Below, piece by piece: positions 15,076-22,437 of a DNA stretch of 24,000 nucleotides; the first letter of the stretch is position 1, and the number at the start of each line of letters is the position of its first letter. This stretch comes from Duganella sp. CF517. GTDB taxonomy: Bacteria > Pseudomonadota > Gammaproteobacteria > Burkholderiales > Burkholderiaceae_D. A program made the position numbers and the translations under genes. The notes beneath the pieces are model-generated. The model searched no databases, was not told the DNA's origin, and saw only the letters and a program-made list of their open reading frames with translations. The stretch is from positions 759,198-783,197 of the forward strand of contig NZ_FODC01000001.1 of the NCBI RefSeq assembly GCF_900110275.1, read 5' to 3'.

Positions 15076-16035
15076 ATGAACTACGCACTTTCCACCATCG
15101 CCGCCAGCCTGCTGCTGGCCGCCGCCAGCGCGTCGGCGCAGTTTCCGAACAGCGCCGCACTCACCCAAACCGGCAACGGCAATCAGTCCTATGTCGAACA
15201 GGATCGGGCCACCCGGGCCGGCGTGTCGGTCACGCAAACGGGCAACAACAATACGGTGGGCGACCCGGCCACCCGCACCGGCGGCATCCTGCAGCGCGAC
15301 CTCGATGGTTCGATGATCACGGTCGCCCAGACGGGCGACAACAATACGCTAACCCATCAGCAAAATATGGGCGTGCGCAATTTCAGCGCGATCGTGCAGT
15401 CCGGCGTGGACAATGTCGCCACCGTTTTGCAGAACTCCGTGTCCGAATCGACGGCGAACATCCAGCAACAAGGCGAGCGCAATGTGGTCGACACTTTCAC
15501 CACCGACAGTTTGGCGGCCGGTACCGCCGTCACCCAGTCGGGCGCTGACAACCTCGTCATCGTGACCACCGACCTGTCCGCGTTCTCGGGGCCGATCGTG
15601 AGCCAGCAAGGCGACCGCAATCTGGCCAAGGTCACCCAGGACAACGCGTTCCTCTCGTCCGCCAACATCAGCCAGCAAGGCATGGACAATCTGGCGACTG
15701 TCAACCATTTCGGCACGCAATCGACCACGTTGTTCATCGTGCAGACCGGGAACGAAAACCAGGCCACCGCCAACCTCGGCGGCAGCCAGACCGTGTCGAC
15801 GATCACGCAGACCGGCAACCAGAACATCGCGGACGTCAGTCAAAGCCAGTTCCTGAACGAGTCGACGATCCTGCAGAGCGGTAACCTCAACACGGCGTCG
15901 ATCTCCCAAACCGGCTCGCCCGTGTCGCCGGCGGCGCTGGCCAACAGCGCCTGGATCACGCAGGTAGGCGAGGGCTTTGTCGCCAACATCACCCAGACCG
16001 GTAGCGGCAACGCCGCCGGCATCTATCAGCATTGA
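15076..16035 (+). CDS. csgA: Large curlin-repeat protein, CsgA-like paralog 1 (319 aa)
   Basis: AAAGGAG RBS 5 nt upstream of the ATG. Signal peptide ending SASA|Q. I count 12 Q-x-G-x-x-N units plus 2 variant Q-x-G units. C-terminus ITQTGSGNAAGIYQH. Confidence 0.85.
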   Translation: MNYALSTIAASLLLAAASASAQFPNSAALTQTGNGNQSYVEQDRATRAGVSVTQTGNNNTVGDPATRTGGILQRDLDGSMITVAQTGDNNTLTHQQNMGVRNFSAIVQSGVDNVATVLQNSVSESTANIQQQGERNVVDTFTTDSLAAGTAVTQSGADNLVIVTTDLSAFSGPIVSQQGDRNLAKVTQDNAFLSSANISQQGMDNLATVNHFGTQSTTLFIVQTGNENQATANLGGSQTVSTITQTGNQNIADVSQSQFLNESTILQSGNLNTASISQTGSPVSPAALANSAWITQVGEGFVANITQTGSGNAAGIYQH

Positions 16036-16078
16036 GCCGGCTCCGCCGTCCCCTTCCCTCCCATCGCAAGGAGCCGCC

Positions 16079-16822
16079 ATGAACTCCGCCATGTTCACCG
16101 TCGCCGCCGCGTTGCTGCTGGCCGCGTGCGGCGCGTCCGCGCAGGATGCGGCCAGCGCCGCCATCACGCAAACCGGCGTCGGCAACCAGTCGTATGTCGA
16201 ACAGCAGCGGGTCACCAGCGAATCGCAGGTGACCGTCATCCAAAACGGCAACCACAACGGCGTGGGCGACCCTGGCGGCCGGACCGGCGGCATCCTGCAG
16301 CGCGACACCGACCGCATGCGGATCACCGTCAACCAGCTGGGCGACAACAACCAGGCGGCGTTCGGGCAAACCTCGGGCGATTTCGATCTGGCCTTCGTCA
16401 ACCAGGCGGGCAACGGCAACTTCGCGTCGATCCGGCAGAACAGCGCCTACGAATCGGTGGTGCGCATCGAGCAGCACGGCGAGCGCAACCTGATCGATTC
16501 GGCCGGCGCCGACATCCTGGCGTTCGGCTTCACCGCATCGCAGTCCGGCGCGGACAACGTGATCAGCCTGGCACGCAGCTGGTCCGGCTTCGGCGGGCCG
16601 GACGTGACGCAGGAAGGCATCGGCAACCGGGCGGCGGTCACGCACGACCGGGCCGACTACTCGTTCGTCGAGATCCGCCAGCTGGGCATGGGCAACCAGG
16701 CGACCGCCAGCCAGACCAACACGACGGTCACCACCGCCTGGATCTCCCAAACCGGCGGCGGCTTCACCGCCGCCACCACGCAGACGGGCAGCGGCCACCG
16801 GGCGGGCATCCACCAGCATTGA
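16079..16822 (+). CDS. csgA: Large curlin-repeat protein, CsgA-like paralog 2 (247 aa)
   Basis: AAGGAG RBS. Signal peptide ending GASA|Q. 8 canonical Q-x-G-x-x-N units plus 2-3 variants. Collinear with paralogs 1 and 3. C-terminus TTQTGSGHRAGIHQH. Confidence 0.85.
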   Translation: MNSAMFTVAAALLLAACGASAQDAASAAITQTGVGNQSYVEQQRVTSESQVTVIQNGNHNGVGDPGGRTGGILQRDTDRMRITVNQLGDNNQAAFGQTSGDFDLAFVNQAGNGNFASIRQNSAYESVVRIEQHGERNLIDSAGADILAFGFTASQSGADNVISLARSWSGFGGPDVTQEGIGNRAAVTHDRADYSFVEIRQLGMGNQATASQTNTTVTTAWISQTGGGFTAATTQTGSGHRAGIHQH

Positions 16823-16871
16823 AGCGCCGGCGCCGTTCCTCCACGTTTTTCCATCGCATCAAGGAGCTAGC

Positions 16872-17834
16872 ATGAACCATTCAACATCCACCGTCGCCGT
16901 CGGCCTGGCGCTGTCGCTTGCCATGTCCGCCGCGTGGGCACAGGAGCCCACCACCGCCAGCGTCGCGCAAACGGGCGCCGGCAACCAGGCTTACGTCGAG
17001 CAGCGCTCGGCCGGTGAACGCGCGACCATCTCCATCGTTCAATCGGGCAACAACAACCTGATCGGCGACCCCGCCGGCCGCACCGGCGGCGTGCTGATGA
17101 GCGAGACGGCCGCCATGATCGTCGAGATCAGTCAGTCGGGGAACGCCAACCAGCTGACCTTGCGGCATCATGAGGGGGGCTTTTTCGGCTTCTCGTATAT
17201 CAACCAGTCCGGCACGGGCAACATCGCCAGCCTGATGCAGAACGGCGCGTACGAATCGACCATCCGGGTCGAGCAGCATGGCGAACGCAACATGATCGAC
17301 GACCGGGTCGAAGGCTCGGGGGCGCTCAGCTTCCGCCCCTCCCAGTACGGGTCGGGCAATGTCATCACGACCAGGCGCATCCAGTCGGGCTACGCCGGCT
17401 TGCCGATCTACCAGGACGGCTCGGACAACCGGGCCACGGTCACGTACGACAACGCCTTCTATTCCGGCATCGGCATCCGCCAGACCGGCACCGGCAACGA
17501 GGCGCGCGGCAGCATGGCCTGGACCGGTTTCGCGACCGATGCCTATATCAGCCAGGACGGCGCGGGCAATCTGGCGGTCACCGATATCCGCGAGTCCGGC
17601 GGCGCGTCAACCACGCAAACGGGCAACGCCAACAGCGCCGCCGTCAGCCAGTATACCGGTTCGAACGGCGCGACCGTCATCCAGACGGGCACGCTCAACA
17701 CCGCGTCGGTGACGCAATCCGGTCCCTGGTCCCTTACGCCGAATGTGGCCTCGATCACGCAGATCGGCGAGGGCTTTGTCGCCGGTATCACGCAGACGGG
17801 CAGCGCCAACAGCGCCGGCATCCATCAGCACTGA
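16872..17834 (+). CDS. csgA: Large curlin-repeat protein, CsgA-like paralog 3 (320 aa)
   Basis: AAGGAG RBS. Signal peptide ending AWA|Q. 12 canonical Q-x-G-x-x-N units plus 2 variants. C-terminus ITQTGSANSAGIHQH. Confidence 0.85.
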   Translation: MNHSTSTVAVGLALSLAMSAAWAQEPTTASVAQTGAGNQAYVEQRSAGERATISIVQSGNNNLIGDPAGRTGGVLMSETAAMIVEISQSGNANQLTLRHHEGGFFGFSYINQSGTGNIASLMQNGAYESTIRVEQHGERNMIDDRVEGSGALSFRPSQYGSGNVITTRRIQSGYAGLPIYQDGSDNRATVTYDNAFYSGIGIRQTGTGNEARGSMAWTGFATDAYISQDGAGNLAVTDIRESGGASTTQTGNANSAAVSQYTGSNGATVIQTGTLNTASVTQSGPWSLTPNVASITQIGEGFVAGITQTGSANSAGIHQH

Positions 17835-18775
17835 GTGTCGCCGCGCACGAGCTGTTTGTAGGCCAGCTTGGCGGCGGCAAGGTCTTCCAGGGCCGTGCCG
17901 ACCGCCTTGAACACCGTGCGTTGGTCGGACGAGGTGCGGGCGGCGCATCGTCCGCGCGCCAGCGCCGCCAGGTCGCCGCGTATGCCGTCGCTGCCCAGGC
18001 AGCCGGCGGCGATGGCGTTGAGGATGTCGCCGGACTTTTGCGTCGCTTCGGCCGTGTCGACCCAGACGCCGGCGCCGGCGAAGCACGCCGGCTCGGCCTC
18101 GCACATCCGCGGCGTGAAGCCGCCGACCAGATCGACGTGGCTGCCCGCCGCCAGCCATTCGGCGCGCAGGAACGGTTCGCCGGCGAGCGTGGCGCAGGTG
18201 ATGATGTCGGCGCCGCGCGCGGCAGGCTCCAGCGCGGGCGCCACGCGAGCGGGCAAGCCTTGCGCGCGCAACGCCTGCACGGTGCGCTGCGAGGCGCCGG
18301 TGTCGATATCCCAGACCATGATGTCGTCGAGCTGGCGCACGGTGGCGATGGCGGGCGCCAGCAAGCTGCCGACCCGCCCCGCGCCGCACACCAGCAGCGA
18401 GCGCGCATTCCGGCGGGCCAGATAGTCGACGCCGAGCGCCGAGGCGGCGGCGGTGCGGCGCGAGGTGATGACGTTGCCGTCGAAGATGGCCAGCGGCTCG
18501 CCGGTGGTGGCGTCGTGCAGGATGTAGGTGGCGTGCAGGCCGGGTTTATTGCGCTTGTGGTTGTTGCTGTAGATGTTGACGATCTTGACGCCGTAGAAGC
18601 CGTCGGCGTCCCAGGCCGGCATCAGCAGCGAGATGCCGGCGCTGTCGCCGGCGCCGAGGTGGTGGGTGTGGCGCAGGGGGACGTCGGCGCCGGCGGCGAA
18701 GGCGGCGCGCAAGGCCTCGATCAACGCGGGGAATGGCAGCGCGTCGATCAACAGCGATTCGTTGGGCAGCAGCAT
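17825..18775 (-). CDS. Ornithine cyclodeaminase / mu-crystallin family protein (316 aa)
   Basis: The family pattern is present: LLMPAW...YGVKIVNIY..N, ITSRRTAAASA, and the Rossmann motif LLVCGAGRVGS. GGAGGA RBS upstream of ATG at 18775. Confidence 0.85.
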   Translation of the reverse strand: MLLPNESLLIDALPFPALIEALRAAFAAGADVPLRHTHHLGAGDSAGISLLMPAWDADGFYGVKIVNIYSNNHKRNKPGLHATYILHDATTGEPLAIFDGNVITSRRTAAASALGVDYLARRNARSLLVCGAGRVGSLLAPAIATVRQLDDIMVWDIDTGASQRTVQALRAQGLPARVAPALEPAARGADIITCATLAGEPFLRAEWLAAGSHVDLVGGFTPRMCEAEPACFAGAGVWVDTAEATQKSGDILNAIAAGCLGSDGIRGDLAALARGRCAARTSSDQRTVFKAVGTALEDLAAAKLAYKQLVRGDTQC

Positions 18776-18817
18776 CGGCGTTCCTCCAATTCACGTCGGG
18801 TGGATTAGCGTAGCGTA

Positions 18818-18855
18818 ATCGGCCATCAGCCGCACGCGGCGCACGCTTGGCCGAT
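18818..18855 (-). terminator. Hairpin downstream of the REC-PAS gene (possible terminator or RNA structure)
   Basis: An 8-bp stem ATCGGCCA / TGGCCGAT encloses a 22-nt GC-rich loop and lies 49 nt after the stop at 18904. There is no U-tract, so terminator function is uncertain. Confidence 0.3.
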
Positions 18856-18903
18856 ACGGCGTTGCGCCGAATCCGCCCGACGCGCCTCCGCGTTATGTTA
18901 CCG

Positions 18904-19725
18904 TCAGTGTCCGGGCGCCGCCGCGAACATCGCCGCCATCGCCGTCACATCGCGGCCGACGCCGCGGTAGCCGACAAAGCGGCTGGCGTCGTCGAACATC
19001 GGCTCGCCGCTGACCTGCAGATACTGCACCCGGCCGTTCGGCGCGGTGCGCCGGTAGACGAAATCGAGGAACGGCTTGCGCTCGGCGATATTGGCCTCCA
19101 GCGTGGCGCGCTCGGCCACGTCCCAGCCGTCGGCGGCGCTGGCGCCGATGCCGACCATGTCCATCACCGGTCCCGACCAGTGGTTCAGTTTGCCGTCGGC
19201 GTCCTGTTCCCAGTACCAGTCGCTCGACAGCTCGGCGAAGCGCTGGAAGCGCGCCTCGCTGGCGCGCAGCTCGGCCGTGCGCTGCATCACCTGGTGCTCG
19301 AGCTCCTGGTTGTAACGGTTGAGCTGGCGGTGCAGCAGGCGCACCTCGAGCATGTTGTGGATGCGCGTCTCGACCTCGACCAGCTCGAACGGCTTGGCGA
19401 CGAAGTCCTTGGCGCCCGCTTGCAGCGCGCGCAGCTTGTGGCCCGGCTGGGCGGTCACCACCAGCACCGGCACATAGCCGTCGGGCTCGATCAACTTGAG
19501 CGCTTCGAGCACCTCGAAGCCGTCCATGCCCGGCATTTGCAGGTCGAGCAGGATCAGGTCGTAGTGGTTGGCCAGGTGCAGCGCGGCCACGCCGAACGGG
19601 TCCATCGTGCTGGTGACCTGGGTGTAGCCGGCGTTGCTGAGCATGCGCTCGAGCAGCATGACGTTGGCTTCCTGGTCGTCGACGATGAGGATGCTGGCAT
19701 TTAACAGCTGGGTCGCGTCTATCAT
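18904..19725 (-). CDS. Response regulator: REC domain, coiled-coil linker and PAS domain, with no DNA-binding output (273 aa)
   Basis: REC motifs are ILIVDDQ, DLILLDLQMPGMDG and AKDFVAKP. They are followed by ELEHQVMQRTAELRASEARFQRF and a PAS-like segment (WYWEQDADGK...YRGVGRDVT). ATGA overlap with the kinase gene. Confidence 0.85.
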   Translation of the reverse strand: MIDATQLLNASILIVDDQEANVMLLERMLSNAGYTQVTSTMDPFGVAALHLANHYDLILLDLQMPGMDGFEVLEALKLIEPDGYVPVLVVTAQPGHKLRALQAGAKDFVAKPFELVEVETRIHNMLEVRLLHRQLNRYNQELEHQVMQRTAELRASEARFQRFAELSSDWYWEQDADGKLNHWSGPVMDMVGIGASAADGWDVAERATLEANIAERKPFLDFVYRRTAPNGRVQYLQVSGEPMFDDASRFVGYRGVGRDVTAMAAMFAAAPGH

Positions 19726-21413
19726 TGCACTTCCTTATGGGCGGCGGCGAACGCCAGCGCCAGGTCCAGCGCGTCCATGAACTGGGCCACGTTGATGGGC
19801 TTGGTGAGATAGCGGAAGAAACCGGCCTCCTCGCCTTTTTCGATGTCGCGCGGCATGGCGTTGGCCGACAGCGCCATCACCGGGATGTGGGCCGTGGAGG
19901 GGTCCTCCTGCAGGATTTTCAGGCAGCCGAAACCGCTCACGCCCGGCAGGTTGATGTCCATCAGGATCACGTCGGGCTGGTAGGTGCGCGCCAGCTGGAT
20001 GCCGGCGTAGCCGTCGATCGCCGTCAGCAGCTTGAGGTCGGGACGGCGCGTGATCAGTTGCTCGACCAGGTTCAGGTTGGCCGGATTGTCCTCGACGTAC
20101 AGCAAGGTGCGCGGCGCGGCGTCGATCTGCTGATCGGTGTAGGTGTTGGTGTCGAAGGCGGCCATCTCCAGCACCGGCTCGTCGCTGGCGGCGAGCTCGA
20201 CCCAGAAGGTGGTGCCGGCGCCGACCGCGCTGTCGACGCCGATGGCGCCGTGCATCAGTTCGACCAGTTGCTTGGTGACGACCAGGCCGATGCCGGTGCC
20301 CTCCTCGCCGCCCTCCTCCTGGCCGAGGCGGTTGAACGGCTCGAACAGGTGGACGATCTGCTCCTGGCTCAGGCCGGCGCCGGTGTCGGCCACGCTGACG
20401 CGCACCATGCCGTCGCTGCCCTCGCCGCAGGTCACCGTCACGCTGCCGCCGACGCGGTTGTACTTGATCGCGTTCGACAGCAGATTGATCATCACCTGCT
20501 TGACGCGGGTGCGGTCGGCGTGGACGAAGAACGGCCGCGCCATCGGCGTGAACACCAGCCGGATGCCGCGCTTTTGCGCCTGCGGACCGACCATCGCCTG
20601 GCAATCCTTGAGCACGTCGGACAGCCCCATCGATTCCTGCGACATCGTCACCTTGCCCGATTCGATCATGGCCAGGTCGAGGATCTCGTTAATCAGTTGC
20701 AGCAGATACCAGCCGCCCTTGAGGATCTGGTCGATCGAGCGCAGCTGCGACGGCGTCGGCGGCGGTTTGTCCGACGCCAGCAGCTGGGCGAAGCCAAGCA
20801 CGGCGTTCAGCGGCGTGCGCAGCTCGTGGCTCATGCTCGACAGGAACTCCGACTTGGCCCGGTTGGCCTTGTCGGCGGCGGCGCGCGCGGCCTCCAGCTC
20901 GACGTTGGTCTCCTGCAGCGCCAGTTGTTGCTCGCGCAAGCGGGCGTCGAGCCGCGCCTGCGCCTCCTCGACCTGCTTGCGGGCCGTGTTGTCGGTGCCG
21001 ATCAGCAGATAGCCGATGATCTTGTCGTCGCCGTCGCGCAGCGGACTGACCGAGACGATCGCCGGGAAGCGGCTGCCGTCCTTGCGCACATAGGTCAGCT
21101 CGTAGGTATCCTCGATGCCGCGCGAGGCCTTGAAGATCAGCGCCTCGAAGCCGGGACGGATTGGGGTGCCCAGCTCGAGGCTGAGCGCCTCGGCGCGTTC
21201 GATCATCTCCTGGGCGTCCGAAATGCCGGCCGGCGTGATCAGGTTGACCACCTCCTCCGCGCTGTAGCCGAGCATGCGCTCGGCGCCAACGTTGAACAGT
21301 TGGATGACGCCCTGGGCGTCGGTGGCGATGCAGGAAAAATTGGCGCTTTTAAAGATAGCCTGCTGCAAGGCGTCGGCCTTGAGCAACGGCGCGTCGGTCT
21401 TGTTGTGGCTCAT
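19722..21413 (-). CDS. Cytoplasmic hybrid sensor histidine kinase: PAS, HisKA, HATPase_c and REC (563 aa)
   Basis: N-terminal PAS (FSCIATDAQGVIQLFNVGAERMLGY...). H-box FLSSMSHELRTPLN, N-box LLSNAIKYN, G-boxes DTGAGL and GTGIGL. C-terminal REC (LLYVEDNPANL...ILMDINLPGVSG...FFRYLTKP). No hydrophobic TM segments are seen. The start (Met 92 of the track ORF) gives an ATGA overlap with the upstream stop. Confidence 0.9.
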   Translation of the reverse strand: MSHNKTDAPLLKADALQQAIFKSANFSCIATDAQGVIQLFNVGAERMLGYSAEEVVNLITPAGISDAQEMIERAEALSLELGTPIRPGFEALIFKASRGIEDTYELTYVRKDGSRFPAIVSVSPLRDGDDKIIGYLLIGTDNTARKQVEEAQARLDARLREQQLALQETNVELEAARAAADKANRAKSEFLSSMSHELRTPLNAVLGFAQLLASDKPPPTPSQLRSIDQILKGGWYLLQLINEILDLAMIESGKVTMSQESMGLSDVLKDCQAMVGPQAQKRGIRLVFTPMARPFFVHADRTRVKQVMINLLSNAIKYNRVGGSVTVTCGEGSDGMVRVSVADTGAGLSQEQIVHLFEPFNRLGQEEGGEEGTGIGLVVTKQLVELMHGAIGVDSAVGAGTTFWVELAASDEPVLEMAAFDTNTYTDQQIDAAPRTLLYVEDNPANLNLVEQLITRRPDLKLLTAIDGYAGIQLARTYQPDVILMDINLPGVSGFGCLKILQEDPSTAHIPVMALSANAMPRDIEKGEEAGFFRYLTKPINVAQFMDALDLALAFAAAHKEVQ

Positions 21414-22138
21414 TTGTTTCCCTGGCGTTGACGCACGTCTGACATCAGCCGCGCGAATTCCTTTTTGACCACCTCGTAGCACTCGCACACCTCGGCCTCC
21501 AGGCCGACCCGGTCGAGCACGGTGATATGGCCGCGGCGGTAGCTGATATAGCCGTTTTCCTGCAGCTTGCCGGCGGCCACGGTGACCCCTTCGCGGCGCA
21601 CGCCGAGCATATTGGCGATCAATTCCTGCGTCATCGTCAGCTCGTTGCCCGGCAGGCGGTCGAGCGTGAGCAGCAGCCAGCGGCACAGTTGCTGCTCGAC
21701 CGTGTGGTGGCGGTTGCAGACGGCCGTCTGCGACATTTGCGTCAGCAGCGCCTGCGTGTAGCGCAGCAACAGCCGCATGACGGGTCCGGCGCGGTTGAAC
21801 TCGTCCATGAGGATGTGCGACTTGAGCCGGTAGCCGTGGCCGGCCGTCTGCACCACCGCGCGGCTCGGCGTTGTATTTCCGCCCATAAACAGGGAGATGC
21901 CCAGGATGCCCTCGTTGCCGACGCCGGCGATCTCGGACGAGCCGCCGTTCTCCAGCACGTAGTGCAGCGACACGATGGCGGAGGTCGGGAAATATACATA
22001 TTGCAACTGTCCGCCGGACTCGTACAGCACGTCCCCCAGCCGCATCATGATCGGTTCGAGGTGCGGCGACAGGCGCGCGAAATCGGACTCCAGCAGGGCT
22101 GCCAGCAGATGGTTTTGGTTGGGATCGTTAAGACGCAT
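21410..22138 (-). CDS. Crp/Fnr-family transcriptional regulator: cNMP-binding-like domain and C-terminal HTH (242 aa)
   Basis: Beta-roll region (GDVLYESGGQLQYVYFPTSAIVSL...GNEGILG), then the HTH MTQELIANMLGVRREGVTVAAGKLQENGYISYRRGHITVLD. ATG at 22138 is preferred. The TTG at 22165 used by the track is possible, and neither has a strong SD. Confidence 0.82.
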   Translation of the reverse strand: MRLNDPNQNHLLAALLESDFARLSPHLEPIMMRLGDVLYESGGQLQYVYFPTSAIVSLHYVLENGGSSEIAGVGNEGILGISLFMGGNTTPSRAVVQTAGHGYRLKSHILMDEFNRAGPVMRLLLRYTQALLTQMSQTAVCNRHHTVEQQLCRWLLLTLDRLPGNELTMTQELIANMLGVRREGVTVAAGKLQENGYISYRRGHITVLDRVGLEAEVCECYEVVKKEFARLMSDVRQRQGNK

Positions 22139-22437
22139 GGAGAAACTTGTTTTTCCAGTCGTCAACTAGGCGGGCGGCGGGGACGGTGAACGAGGACCGT
22201 GCCGCAGGATAACACATTCGGGGCGTCGAGCCCCCCGCCAGCCCCTGAAACGGCAAAAAACCGCCTTGCGACCTCGTCCTTTGCAGGGGTTTCCGCCCAT
22301 GTACGCCCGGATTGTCCTAAAATAAGCGCTTGAGTGAAAATGGCGACCGCGCCGACGCACCATCCGCCCGGGTTGCGCAGACTATCCTGCCCCCGGACCG
22401 GGATCATTAACTACACTACCGTATACAAGGGAATGAC

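Noticed and set aside
16079-16150. Possible lipobox (LLLAAC) in curlin paralog 2, suggesting a lipoprotein
   Set aside because: The paralogs align, and all three have an A-x-A|Q signal peptidase I site at the same position (SASA|Q, GASA|Q, AWA|Q). The Cys is therefore most simply an incidental residue within the signal peptide. This cannot be fully excluded without prediction tools or experiment.
13033-18808. Numerous ORFs antisense or off-frame to the csg genes and the cyclodeaminase gene (for example 13628..14566, 15349..16419, 15989..16819, 16126..16875, 17607..18389, 17788..18408 and 17921..18808)
   Set aside because: They overlap frames with strong curli or OCD-family signatures, signal peptides and RBSs. 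The alternative translations are Arg/Gly/Pro-rich and low-complexity.
19725-21431. 568-aa plus-strand ORF opposite the histidine kinase, and 19735..20604(-)
   Set aside because: They are antisense to or out of frame with a kinase that shows the H, N and G boxes and a REC domain, and they contain no motifs of their own.
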